This document shows, piece after piece, positions 32,635 to 42,585 of a DNA stretch of 64,000 nucleotides. The translations under genes were made by a program, and so were the position numbers. This stretch comes from a virus. Location: IMG/VR virus record IMGVR_UViG_3300033977_000049, positions 23,975 through 87,974 of that record; one strand, 5' to 3'. Numbering within the stretch: the stretch's first letter is position 1; each line of letters begins with the position of its first letter. Below the pieces are notes generated by a model. It ran no database searches and was not told the DNA's origin. It saw only the letters and a list, made by a program, of their open reading frames with translations.

Positions 32635-33909
32635 TTAGCGCCGAGCGGATTGACGTGTCTTAAAGCGAATAACTGAAGCCATAAGCTCGTTAATATCTTT
32701 ATCAGACATGCTCTCCAACTCTTCGACTGTGGGCGCTGCGCTTGGTTCTGAAGTAGGTGCTCCACTGGCCTCGCTGGTTCTAACTCCAAATCCAATACTA
32801 GCCGCTCGCGGACGTGGCGCTCCAGGAATCCCCGTGGGCGCTGGCGTCGGTGCCGGTGTTGCCGGTTGTGCTGTTACAGGTGCCACTGGTGCGGGCGCTG
32901 GCTGTGCTGCTGGCACTGGTGCTGGCGTTGGCTCAACTTCTTCTTCTACGGCTTGTAGCTCAAGCAATCCGTCTTGAGCTAAAACATCGAAGGCCTCTGC
33001 CAGTGTTTGTCTATTGAAAAATCCTCGTTTTGGCAATTCAAGCATAACTTGATTAGCATTTGCATCTGTAAGTTCTACGCCTAATTTCGCCTTTGCCAAA
33101 TATCCTATAATCATCCTATAATTAGTATCAGTAGAAAGATATTCAGGATGTGATTCCACAAATGCCCTAGCTTCTGTATCGATATAAAGTTCTTGAGATG
33201 CCTGGGCACCCAATCTTGCATTTTCAACTATATCTTCGAGCTTCATGCCCGTCTTTTTCTCGATAAGAGCAGTTAGGGCAGCATCGGGATCGCTCGTAAG
33301 TTGATTCTTAATTTCAAACTTCTCATCTGCCGTCAATTCACGAACTCTAGTTCTGGCTCGTGCAGGTGTTGGTGCGGCTGACTGTGTGGCAACTTTTAAT
33401 TTCAACTGTTTATTTTGCTGCCTAATTTGCTTAGTTGCGTTAAGTTTAGCAGTAAGAACTTGTCTTAGAAGTTCGCTTTCGTCTTTTCCATAAAAAACCT
33501 CCGCTCCGCTTCCTTCTCCAATGCTCAGCGTAGCCTTTTTACCAGTTGGGGTATCTTCGATAACCACCACAGAACCATCGTCATATTCATATACTTCAGG
33601 TTCTTTAGCGGTTGGTGCGGTTACTACAGGCTGAGGTGCCGTTACTGGAGTTGACGCAGGCGTGTTTGTAATAACTTCCGGCTGTAGTACTGCTTCCGGT
33701 TCGGGTGCAAAGGGATGTGCTTGAGCAGCATCCAATTTAGCTTGCGCGGCTGCAATAGCTGCTTTATCTTCATCTGTTGCGGTATCTTCTACTAGACCTG
33801 TTAAAAAATCTGACCCTCCGGTGCGAGTATCCATAGGCGCAAATTTATCATCTAGCCAAGGCTTCACATCGGGATCTTCTGTCGGGTATTGCACTGTATC
33901 TGTGGCCAT
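32635..33909 (-). CDS. Capsid scaffolding protein
   Basis: Acidic, P/A-rich, between portal and capsid; C-terminal EELESMSDKDI helix. Confidence 0.7.
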   Translation of the reverse strand: MATDTVQYPTEDPDVKPWLDDKFAPMDTRTGGSDFLTGLVEDTATDEDKAAIAAAQAKLDAAQAHPFAPEPEAVLQPEVITNTPASTPVTAPQPVVTAPTAKEPEVYEYDDGSVVVIEDTPTGKKATLSIGEGSGAEVFYGKDESELLRQVLTAKLNATKQIRQQNKQLKLKVATQSAAPTPARARTRVRELTADEKFEIKNQLTSDPDAALTALIEKKTGMKLEDIVENARLGAQASQELYIDTEARAFVESHPEYLSTDTNYRMIIGYLAKAKLGVELTDANANQVMLELPKRGFFNRQTLAEAFDVLAQDGLLELQAVEEEVEPTPAPVPAAQPAPAPVAPVTAQPATPAPTPAPTGIPGAPRPRAASIGFGVRTSEASGAPTSEPSAAPTVEELESMSDKDINELMASVIRFKTRQSARR

Positions 33910-33957
33910 ATCATTCTCCTGGTTAGAATCCGCTAACCACGGGTTTAATTATGGGAT

Positions 33958-34320
33958 TTAAATTCCCTCCATTGGACCCGGTGTATGATGCCTTAAACTC
34001 TCTGAAAGCACCGCAGGGGGCTTTCGAGCGGCTTCAATCGCCGCATCCACGTCTTGCTTAAATTTAATAAATAATTGATTGGCAACTATAAAAACCGTGC
34101 TAGCTGCATTTACTTCATCTCTATCTTTAGGATCAATCTTAGTTATTTCTTCTGCTGATTTTGCAACATAAGATTGAAGCATTTCTAAAACCACATCAAA
34201 TCCTGGAAGTACTCGAATTTGAGAAAGGGCACGGCCCTTTTCCCACATAGTAATATTATATTCTTCCTCTTCCGTAAGCTGGCGATTAAGAATTTGAGTT
34301 AATTTGGCAGTATCAAACAT
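33958..34320 (-). CDS. Head morphogenesis-region helical protein
   Basis: 120-aa helical ORF between portal and scaffold. Confidence 0.55.
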   Translation of the reverse strand: MFDTAKLTQILNRQLTEEEEYNITMWEKGRALSQIRVLPGFDVVLEMLQSYVAKSAEEITKIDPKDRDEVNAASTVFIVANQLFIKFKQDVDAAIEAARKPPAVLSESLRHHTPGPMEGI

Positions 34321-34323
34321 ATC

Positions 34324-34551
34324 TTATACTCCATTGGATATATATTTTGGTGATATAAATTGTAATATAGGCTGTGGTATAAATGAAAATATAGGTTGTG
34401 GTATAAAAGGAAGAATAGGATTAGGTATAAATTGAGGAATAGTGGACAGTGCTATGCTCCATCCGCAAAATGGACACATATCTATGGGCGGTGGGTAATC
34501 TATTAATCGATGGCAATTAGGACAATACATTTTTCTTTTCAGCCCTTTCAT
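34324..34551 (-). CDS. Zn-ribbon protein with 8-aa FIPQPI repeats
   Basis: CPNC...CPFC then QFIPNPIL-PFIPQPIF-SFIPQPIL-QFISP. Confidence 0.45.
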   Translation of the reverse strand: MKGLKRKMYCPNCHRLIDYPPPIDMCPFCGWSIALSTIPQFIPNPILPFIPQPIFSFIPQPILQFISPKYISNGV

Positions 34552-34987
34552 ATTGAGTCCTTACAATTTGCTCAACACAACTAGTGGCATCTCCACACCA
34601 AGCAGCTATTCCTTCTTGAGTAAGGGCATCTAAAATAGCTAGCATTATTTCATTCGGATTACGCCTACATCCCGGCTGCCTCCAAAGCCATTGCAGACAT
34701 TTAGTATTAACATCTTCATCGCTTTTACATTCTTCAGCCGGTAAAAATCCTTTGCTATGTAGTTCGGTAATAACAGATTTACGGCATAATTGAAGGGTAT
34801 GAAATGTATCTCTGCCAATTTCATAACCCGCACGCCATGCTAAAAATTGTTTTTTATAATCGGCAGATTCTCTATCGGCTTCAATAATTTCCTCGCAGAT
34901 TATATTACCAATGCGATTTTGCGAGTATCTCCAATTTTCAAATGCTTCTCGCCATTGTGCATTAATATTATTAGGCATTGGCTCCAA
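34517..34987 (-). CDS. Hypothetical protein
   Basis: 156-aa ORF overlapping the portal stop. Confidence 0.5.
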   Translation of the reverse strand: MEPMPNNINAQWREAFENWRYSQNRIGNIICEEIIEADRESADYKKQFLAWRAGYEIGRDTFHTLQLCRKSVITELHSKGFLPAEECKSDEDVNTKCLQWLWRQPGCRRNPNEIMLAILDALTQEGIAAWCGDATSCVEQIVRTQYERAEKKNVLS

Positions 34988-37055
34988 ATCCTATCCCTCC
35001 AGGCGCTCCGGCCACTTCTTCCGGAGTCGCAGCTTGCTCTATACTTTGTCTGAGAACTTCATTAGCGGCCCTAGCAATATTTTTATCATCCTGAAGCTGA
35101 GCAGTATTAGTTGCTCTTTGTTGTTCTAAGGCCATTTTACCTTGACTTTGAATTTGCGCTGCCGCTGCTTGTTTAGTAGCCATCCAGCGTTGTTTATCTT
35201 CAGCGGTCATGTCTACAACAACATCATTTATATTCTTCCAATCGCTAACTTCAAACATCATGCGTATCAATTCCCGCACATTAATCTTCTTCCCTTCAAT
35301 GGCCAGCGATTCAGTAATATTACTCGCTTGCAAAAATTGCATCATAATGGGAAGCGCCTGGGCCATATTGCGCCGGGCAAGCATTTTTGCAGCCGCGCTA
35401 ATAGTGAATTTCATGCGAGATTTCTTCGGATTCAATAAATCAATAATATCTCCCTGCTTATCTTTGATATATTCATGGTTTAATTCATCGCTTAGAATAT
35501 ATCTTACGGTTTGAAGGGGCATTAGGTTTCGGTTCATATCAGCAACTTTATATAAATATGGCACCACAACTTGATTACACAGTTTTTCTACAAAATCCTC
35601 TACCCTGGAACCGCTACCAGAAGCCATGAAATTAGCGCCCGCTGCTGATCTTGCTAAATTAGAATGCCCAGATGCTCCTGCCACTCCCTGTGTGGCAAAT
35701 TCACTGGCTCCCGAAGTTTGCTCCACCCTAGCTTGAGACATTGATAATGCCTGCATGGTTTCGGGAATGGGCTGTGGCCTTTGTAATGGCATTAGGGCAT
35801 TTTCTTTATCAATATCGATAATTTTACCGGGCGATACGCGCAAGTTTTGAGTGGGAACGCTCTGGCCTTTTACTCTGGTATAAACTCCATTCAACATGAT
35901 GGCTAACATATCAAGCCATGTATTGACAATGCCCATTTGCAAACGCTGTTCATTTCCTATAGTCTTTGCTAAGCCCATTGACCAAAATGCATTTGGGACA
36001 TCCCACCAGCCAATGCTAAAAAATGGAATTTCATTAAAATAATTTCTAGTATTGGCAATGACTAATTTTCTTTGCAAAACAAGAATATATCTTTGATTAT
36101 CCCATCTTTCTATTAATTCCAAGGGCTGATTAAATGGATCTTCGGTAGGTGCTTCCCATTGGGGTGTAGCGCGAGCATCAGATAATGGTGTGGGATAAAG
36201 AGTTTCGGCTGGGCCTTGAACGACTTCTTCTTTAGGGGGAAAGAAAAGTTCTAAAAGTTTTTCCCTGCTGGGAAGATTTTTAATATCTATGCGCTGTCTT
36301 AATCTATCCAATTCTTCCCAGGTTGGGTACATTTTATGGACAACATATTTAGCTTTTCGGATATCCGGTTCTTTTAATGTGGGATCGGGCAATACGCTTC
36401 TTAGATTACTAATATTTTCAAAGGTTGGCCTATCAACCAATCTTTCCGTAGGAACTTCTTCAAGCTCTTCATCAACGCTTGGAAGTTCTTCTACACCCCC
36501 TGCGGGAGAAGGCAATTTAATATTAGGAATAACACGCCGTAATTCAATATCTTCTTTTTTATAGACTTCCCATCCGTATTTCCAAATGCCAGTTCCATAT
36601 AACAAGCAATTCATTACGCCCAATCTTAAATGTTCACGTATATTCATTTCCTCAAGCTGCCATGCTATAATGGCTGCATTGGCTCTTGCAACTTGAGCGG
36701 AAGTCCCCGGCTTTGGTTGTGCTAAAAATGGGGGATCGTCATAAAATAATCCCTTAATAATCTGGGGAGCTAGGGAATTAACAACCGTAGCTAATGTAAA
36801 GAATGGAATATTGGCACGCTCAACCTGAGTGCCTTCCCAAAACCTAGTTACAACCGGAGCCTGATAAAGAGTTCCGGCGGTAGTCCATCCCAATACCCAA
36901 GATTTGGTAGCCTCAAAATTCTCTGCGCGATCAGCATCTTTTAGAACTATATTGAGCGCAGTGCGGTCATCCCATACGCCAGTGGAAAGAACTTTTTTGG
37001 CATCTTGAAATTGTACTGGCTGTTGTATTCCCGGTGGTTGCGGTAAAAGCGCCAT
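34971..37055 (-). CDS. Portal protein
   Basis: 694 aa after terminase; LLYGTGIWK, PDP, IPFF..W...P..FW.MG features of P22-type portals. Confidence 0.85.
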   Translation of the reverse strand: MALLPQPPGIQQPVQFQDAKKVLSTGVWDDRTALNIVLKDADRAENFEATKSWVLGWTTAGTLYQAPVVTRFWEGTQVERANIPFFTLATVVNSLAPQIIKGLFYDDPPFLAQPKPGTSAQVARANAAIIAWQLEEMNIREHLRLGVMNCLLYGTGIWKYGWEVYKKEDIELRRVIPNIKLPSPAGGVEELPSVDEELEEVPTERLVDRPTFENISNLRSVLPDPTLKEPDIRKAKYVVHKMYPTWEELDRLRQRIDIKNLPSREKLLELFFPPKEEVVQGPAETLYPTPLSDARATPQWEAPTEDPFNQPLELIERWDNQRYILVLQRKLVIANTRNYFNEIPFFSIGWWDVPNAFWSMGLAKTIGNEQRLQMGIVNTWLDMLAIMLNGVYTRVKGQSVPTQNLRVSPGKIIDIDKENALMPLQRPQPIPETMQALSMSQARVEQTSGASEFATQGVAGASGHSNLARSAAGANFMASGSGSRVEDFVEKLCNQVVVPYLYKVADMNRNLMPLQTVRYILSDELNHEYIKDKQGDIIDLLNPKKSRMKFTISAAAKMLARRNMAQALPIMMQFLQASNITESLAIEGKKINVRELIRMMFEVSDWKNINDVVVDMTAEDKQRWMATKQAAAAQIQSQGKMALEQQRATNTAQLQDDKNIARAANEVLRQSIEQAATPEEVAGAPGGIGFGANA

Positions 37056-37056
37056 G

Positions 37057-37572
37057 CTAATTTCCTAATAAATCTTGATGTTTCTGAAGATAAGATATCG
37101 CGGAAATAAGTGTCTGAATGTTATCTTTTGCCAATCCCAACATACCATTGCATGCAATACATAAAATTCCCCTAATTTTTATTCCACCAGTTCTATTTTC
37201 ATATGCATGACAATGATCTATGCACCATCCATCTCGCCTGCCTTGATTAAACGGCGGATTGGTGGTTCCGCATATAGCACATCTATTTCCTTGATTTTCT
37301 AACATTTTCGTGCGTTCTTCAAAAGTTATACCAAATTTTGATTTAATTTTTGAAGAATAATTATGAGGCCATTTTCTGGATTCATAAAATTTTCTTTTAT
37401 GTGCCCTAAATTCTTTATAATGGTCTCTCTTCCAATCTCTTGCTTTTTGATATTCTTTATCTTTTTGTCTAGCTCTATAACGTATTTGAGCTTCTCTTTT
37501 ATATTTTCTATATCCTACGGGATCTTCTTTCTTAAAATTTTCTCTCCATAATTTTGTAGTTTCTTTACTCAT
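37057..37572 (-). CDS. Endonuclease VII-like HNH nuclease
   Basis: KFGIT...QGNRCAIC...IDHCH...RGILCIACNGMLG. Confidence 0.88.
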   Translation of the reverse strand: MSKETTKLWRENFKKEDPVGYRKYKREAQIRYRARQKDKEYQKARDWKRDHYKEFRAHKRKFYESRKWPHNYSSKIKSKFGITFEERTKMLENQGNRCAICGTTNPPFNQGRRDGWCIDHCHAYENRTGGIKIRGILCIACNGMLGLAKDNIQTLISAISYLQKHQDLLGN

Positions 37573-37574
37573 AT

Positions 37575-39530
37575 TTATCCAACTAATCCCGCACCCAAGA
37601 GTGGTGGTAATCCATCACACGGAGTAATGGGCTTAAGCCCCGTATCTGGCTGTTCTGTTGGATTAATAACATGTGATCCGGCATCGCTAAATCCGGGTCT
37701 TCCAAATGCATCGCAATGCTCTTCGTAAATTAAATTCCAAGCCGCATCTTCCCTACTCCAAGCTGGCAATTCTCGCTTGGTAATCATTATTTCAATTTTA
37801 GGAAGCCATCTCACCTGCTGGGCAATGACATCTGGAATATCATCATGATGATGACTTATAAGGCAACGCTCGAATTCATTATATAAAACATCTAAATATG
37901 GCAAGTGAGAAACAAACCATAGCCTATCGGACATTAAGAGAGGATGCAAGGCTGCCATTCGTATTCTTTTTGCATCCTCTTGCTGATCCGGAACAAACCA
38001 TTCGATTCGCCTACACACATCTAAAAGCCATTGCTTTTTGCGATTTTCAGCTTCAGCCATAATTGTAGGCTCTAGCAATCTTGATCCAGCACAATCTTCT
38101 ATAGCTAAAACAGCGGGACGATATCTTTCAGCCTGATCCACTACAGATTTGGCCAATCCGGTAGGGCTGAATCTTTGCCTAACTAAATCAATCACATATA
38201 ATTGGCTTTTGGCATTGTAGACGCTTACGGCACAGGTGGAATAATCTCTTTTCTTTTTCTGGCTAAATGCAAAATCCCAAGTTATAATTGCAGGTGCCGT
38301 TGCTGGCACTTTATTAAAAGGTATAGTATGTAATTGCAGCAACGGCTTATCAAAAGTTATATTGCGTCGGGGGCGTGGATTTTGATTAATTTGTCCTTCA
38401 AATACAGCTTCATTTTCTTTTTGTTTACGACGCAAGGTTTCATAAGAAAGAAGTTCTGGAAATAAAATATACCAATCTTCTTTTTTTAAATCATCTTCTT
38501 TTATTTCATTTGCTAAAAGCTTTTTTCTAGGTTCTGGCTTAACTTCCCAACCCTTGCCAATTAAAATAATTTTTCCCGTAACTGGATTTTTAAATAATTC
38601 CCATGGGCGAGGATCACTGGCACTATCAAGGCCTTTGATTATTTCTATATCACCCACATTCTTTTCAATTTCTTCACCATAGCGATCTTCTTCGGCATAG
38701 CGAGTGCCAAGCATAACTACATAGCCATAAGTGACCAGCATATTCTTATCAATATCCCAATTTTTAGATACCTTAGCGCATCCTTCAGGTGTTTGGGAAT
38801 TGATATTGTCCACCATATCATCCGGTTTAATAATCTCAAAGTGGAGTCCGCTTACAGTGGATATGATAGAGGCTGCCATAATAGTTGACTCTTTACGAGT
38901 TACCTGATTGGCAAGCCATATTGGACAATTAAAAGTTTCTCCAACTAATTTCTTTTCATCAACACAAAATTCTGGAAAAAATAAATTCATGGGCGAGGGG
39001 TCTTCCCTGATAACAAAATGCCCTCGTGTTTCATCTACAAATCCAGCAGCCAATTTATCTGTAGCGGTAAGATATAAAATTCTAATATCTGGAAAATTTA
39101 ATATCCATTGCACGCTGTCTATAACATCTATTGAACTTTTAAAGCTTCCTCTAGGGTAGAGGATAAATCGTTCTTTATAGACCGGATCTTGATCGGCTAT
39201 TGATTTCGTATCATCTTTCTTGATAAAAACATCGCAAAGCGGGCGATGGGTGGCTTCATTAATAAGATTTACTTCAATAGGCTTGCCCACTCCGGTTGGG
39301 CATGAAGGCCAACAGAAATATTTAGCTGCCCAATAAAGATCCGCTTTGGTTCTCCGGCGCACTTCTTTAACTACAGGAATTTCTTTGAATTTATCCAGTC
39401 CTAATCTAATAGAATTTACTAGATTTTTCTTTACAACGGGATTTATAATAAAATTATATAATTCTAGATCGGGTATTAATTGCGGCCCATGAAATTGTAC
39501 AGATAATTCATCAAACGTGATTTGGGACAT
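37575..39530 (-). CDS. Terminase large subunit
   Basis: ILYPRGSFKS Walker A, GLHFEIIKPDD Walker B, LGTRY, WDFAFS and HDDIPD nuclease motifs. Confidence 0.92.
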   Translation of the reverse strand: MSQITFDELSVQFHGPQLIPDLELYNFIINPVVKKNLVNSIRLGLDKFKEIPVVKEVRRRTKADLYWAAKYFCWPSCPTGVGKPIEVNLINEATHRPLCDVFIKKDDTKSIADQDPVYKERFILYPRGSFKSSIDVIDSVQWILNFPDIRILYLTATDKLAAGFVDETRGHFVIREDPSPMNLFFPEFCVDEKKLVGETFNCPIWLANQVTRKESTIMAASIISTVSGLHFEIIKPDDMVDNINSQTPEGCAKVSKNWDIDKNMLVTYGYVVMLGTRYAEEDRYGEEIEKNVGDIEIIKGLDSASDPRPWELFKNPVTGKIILIGKGWEVKPEPRKKLLANEIKEDDLKKEDWYILFPELLSYETLRRKQKENEAVFEGQINQNPRPRRNITFDKPLLQLHTIPFNKVPATAPAIITWDFAFSQKKKRDYSTCAVSVYNAKSQLYVIDLVRQRFSPTGLAKSVVDQAERYRPAVLAIEDCAGSRLLEPTIMAEAENRKKQWLLDVCRRIEWFVPDQQEDAKRIRMAALHPLLMSDRLWFVSHLPYLDVLYNEFERCLISHHHDDIPDVIAQQVRWLPKIEIMITKRELPAWSREDAAWNLIYEEHCDAFGRPGFSDAGSHVINPTEQPDTGLKPITPCDGLPPLLGAGLVG

Positions 39531-39534
39531 AAAA

Positions 39535-39951
39535 TTACAATGGAGCTAAATGGCGATACCATAAGAGATAATATAGAAGCATGGCCGCATTAGTTAATAC
39601 GCCCTCTTTCATGGCAGTAAAAGCAATATACCAAGGATAAAAAGATATCAAAAAGGCGCTAAATCTTTTAGTAAAATAACACCGCAGTCCCTTATAAATT
39701 AAATATCCCATGGGTAAATAAAGTATGAGATAAAACTCTGCATGAAGAAAAAGGGCCGCGCTTGTAATTAATTTGTGGTTGAATGGATCACGGGCAAATG
39801 GATTTGCCTCTGACCAAGGTGGCATATAAACATCACAAACAAAAGATATAAGCAAGTCTAGAGCATTGGCTATTAACATGGCAGAAATAGACATCCATAA
39901 AGGTTTGAAATCCCCGCTGTAAGAATTTTTAATAGCCTTCCAGAGTCTCAT
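39535..39951 (-). CDS. Membrane protein
   Basis: D...EANP motif with several TM helices. Confidence 0.6.
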   Translation of the reverse strand: MRLWKAIKNSYSGDFKPLWMSISAMLIANALDLLISFVCDVYMPPWSEANPFARDPFNHKLITSAALFLHAEFYLILYLPMGYLIYKGLRCYFTKRFSAFLISFYPWYIAFTAMKEGVLTNAAMLLYYLLWYRHLAPL

Positions 39952-40193
39952 TATTTCCTTCGCCCACCCATACTCATTAGCCCTATGGCAGAACGGGCTT
40001 GGCTGGCAGTTTCACTCTTTCCCTTTTTCATCTTTTGGGCGTAGGCCCAAGTACTCATACCGGCCCGTTTAGCCTTTGCTCTAAATGCTCCGGGCTTAGT
40101 GATTTTAAAGCTTATGCCCTTTCTGCCAAGCTTGACAGTCCGAGGCTTCAATTTGCGTGTCTTTCCTTTTCCCAATACTTCTGCGGCTGCCAT
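39951..40193 (-). CDS. Small basic protein (MAAAEVLGKGK family)
   Basis: K/R-rich; ITKPGAFRAKAK...ARSAIGL. Confidence 0.75.
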   Translation of the reverse strand: MAAAEVLGKGKTRKLKPRTVKLGRKGISFKITKPGAFRAKAKRAGMSTWAYAQKMKKGKSETASQARSAIGLMSMGGRRK

Positions 40194-40203
40194 GATAATT
40201 CCT

Positions 40204-41571
40204 TTACATCTGTTCTATATGGGATAAAATTGCTGGCTCTTCCTGAGCCTGAAGATTAGTTAAAAATCTTATAGGTTCCCCGCCATTCATTTCCAAAGTT
40301 TTCATTAACTTTCCGATATGAAGCTCAGCCAATCCAACCTTTGGAATTTCTCCTTCAAGTAAAGAAAGACAAAATTCAAAAGTTTTATGGCCCACTTCTA
40401 TTTCCGGTTGGGATTCCCAGGGTATATTTGCTGGATTAAAAAATACAGGCTTCCCATCCACAATATCTAAAAATTGGGGATGGCGAGCAAAATTAGCGCA
40501 TTCAATCTGCGCTGCTACGTAATATTTTACCAAGCCTTCAGTTCGATTAGGTTTTGAATGCGGGAATTTGCTCAGTAAAACAATTGGAATGTTAGGATTT
40601 ATTTTATCAACCAGCTTAGGAAGTGTATTTCCATATCCACACAAATCCAATACTAATGTATGATCCGTAATTAAATTTTTAACATAGCTTAAATATTCTT
40701 GACTTGGATTAGTTCTAGACATCCGGCTAGAATAAAAATAAACAGCCTTTTCCGGCCATCTTCCAAAACATGATAATTGATTATATAGTTTAACCCAAAG
40801 ACATGAATCCCTAGATGACATCAATATATTAACTATTCCATCTTTAAGGCATCGTTCGTGAAGAATTAAACTAGCTAAATATAAAAGCGGAAAGTTGATT
40901 TGGGTTTGTAAATGCTGATAATCACGATATTTTTGATTATAGGTCATTAACCGAGCTTGGCGAATAGTTAAAGCCAAATCCGGAAATTCAGTTCGCAGCG
41001 CTGCTTCAACTTCCGTAAGAACCGGCCCCGTATATAAGTGCGCTGATACACCATGGCTTTTAGGGATATGATAATCGGCTGCTGGATTATCTCCATAATG
41101 GAAAGAGATGGTATGCCCTAAATCTTTCCATGCTTTTCCACTTAATTTATCGCTTTCGGATAAATAAAGTTCATTTTTAAGTCCAGTGGTAATTTCAATT
41201 AAATGTTTTAAAAAATCATAGGGAGCATAATGATCGGAAATCAGAAGATCTCCAGGCCTAACCTTCAAAACATTTTCCATAATAGGAAAAACGCCCTCTG
41301 GATCACGATGCTTGTCTTCTACAGATCTTCGGGATATAAGCGTATCCCAAACATCAAAAGAAGCCCGCTTGGAGGATCTGGAATCTATAGAAAATAAAAT
41401 CTGAGAAATTTCCGGGTCATCAATAAGTGGAGATTTACGTTCCAATAAAATTAAAGCATAATCGCGCCGAATATTAATGGAAACGCTTTCATTCTTGACA
41501 ACCGCTGCAATTATCCAGTCGGGCGCATTCTTTTCCGGAGGTTCCATGATGCCCCTTTCTAATTTTCCCAA
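40204..41571 (-). CDS. HAD-like hydrolase of polysaccharide-locus type
   Basis: SFDVWDTLI, LISD, K.SG..W, HYGDN..AD, SRD, DLCGYG. Confidence 0.7.
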   Translation of the reverse strand: MGKLERGIMEPPEKNAPDWIIAAVVKNESVSINIRRDYALILLERKSPLIDDPEISQILFSIDSRSSKRASFDVWDTLISRRSVEDKHRDPEGVFPIMENVLKVRPGDLLISDHYAPYDFLKHLIEITTGLKNELYLSESDKLSGKAWKDLGHTISFHYGDNPAADYHIPKSHGVSAHLYTGPVLTEVEAALRTEFPDLALTIRQARLMTYNQKYRDYQHLQTQINFPLLYLASLILHERCLKDGIVNILMSSRDSCLWVKLYNQLSCFGRWPEKAVYFYSSRMSRTNPSQEYLSYVKNLITDHTLVLDLCGYGNTLPKLVDKINPNIPIVLLSKFPHSKPNRTEGLVKYYVAAQIECANFARHPQFLDIVDGKPVFFNPANIPWESQPEIEVGHKTFEFCLSLLEGEIPKVGLAELHIGKLMKTLEMNGGEPIRFLTNLQAQEEPAILSHIEQM

Positions 41572-42569
41572 TAAGCTTCTTCTTCCCTGGATGGACTTAA
41601 AAATTCTTGATTTTCTATATATTCTTTAAGGCCTTCAGTTAAAGAAACGGATGGTACAAATCCAGTTATCTTCCTGAATTTTGTGGTATCTGCAGCCTTG
41701 CGAGATGCGCCTTCGGGCTTACTTCTATCAAATATAATTTGCGGATTTTTGCCTGTTACTTTGGATATTTTCTGTAATAATTCTAGCAAAGAAGTTTCTT
41801 GATCGTGTCCTATGTTAACAGGATCAGCATATGGATAAAGTTCGGTAATCAGCTTCAATCCTTTGGCTAAATCCCGATAATGAACAAAGCTTCTGGTTTG
41901 ATTTCCGCTTCCCCATACCACAATAGTATCATCGCCACGCAAAAATTTTCTGATTAAAAGTGGAAGAACGTGGGACTTATTGTCATCTTCTTTAGGTTCT
42001 CGGCCACCGTATCCGTTAAACGGACGCCCTATAGCAATTTCCATGCCATATTCTTGATAATAAAACAAGGCTTGCATTTCCAGGATACGCTTAGCCCATC
42101 CATATCCGCTATTAACTATTTCTGGAAAACGACTCCACCCCTCGGATTCAGGAGTAGGCACTGTAGCACTGTCCGAATAAACACAAGAACTGCTAACCAA
42201 TAAATACCTTTTAACACCTACCCTCCTTGCAGCTTCTAAAAGATTTAATCCAATTAATAAACTATTGGTTAACATTTCCCCGTGGTGGGAACTACTATAT
42301 TCTACCCCAAATACCGGGGCGGCTAAATTCATTACTATATCTTGGTTCCTGCAAACATTTATACAACTATCAAAATACCTAAGATCACACAAATGGAAAT
42401 CTATTTTACTAAAATTTATTTCGCTAAAATTAGATAGCCTGCCCCGAGACAAATTATCAGCAACGGAAATTTTGGCTCCATCTTCTATTAATTGTTCTAT
42501 TAAATAAGATCCAATCGCCCCAGCGCCTCCAGCAACTAGGACTTTTTTATCTTGCCAGAATATACTCAT
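41559..42569 (-). CDS. NAD-dependent NDP-sugar epimerase/dehydratase
   Basis: GGAGAIG, SSSCVY, YGWAK, RPFNGYG, WGSGNQTRSF. Confidence 0.9.
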   Translation of the reverse strand: MSIFWQDKKVLVAGGAGAIGSYLIEQLIEDGAKISVADNLSRGRLSNFSEINFSKIDFHLCDLRYFDSCINVCRNQDIVMNLAAPVFGVEYSSSHHGEMLTNSLLIGLNLLEAARRVGVKRYLLVSSSCVYSDSATVPTPESEGWSRFPEIVNSGYGWAKRILEMQALFYYQEYGMEIAIGRPFNGYGGREPKEDDNKSHVLPLLIRKFLRGDDTIVVWGSGNQTRSFVHYRDLAKGLKLITELYPYADPVNIGHDQETSLLELLQKISKVTGKNPQIIFDRSKPEGASRKAADTTKFRKITGFVPSVSLTEGLKEYIENQEFLSPSREEEAYWEN

Positions 42570-42585
42570 GAGTCATATTCCTAAT

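Noticed and set aside
37057-37572. HNH as intron-encoded within terminase or portal
   Set aside because: Both neighbours look complete and there is no flanking space for an intron core.
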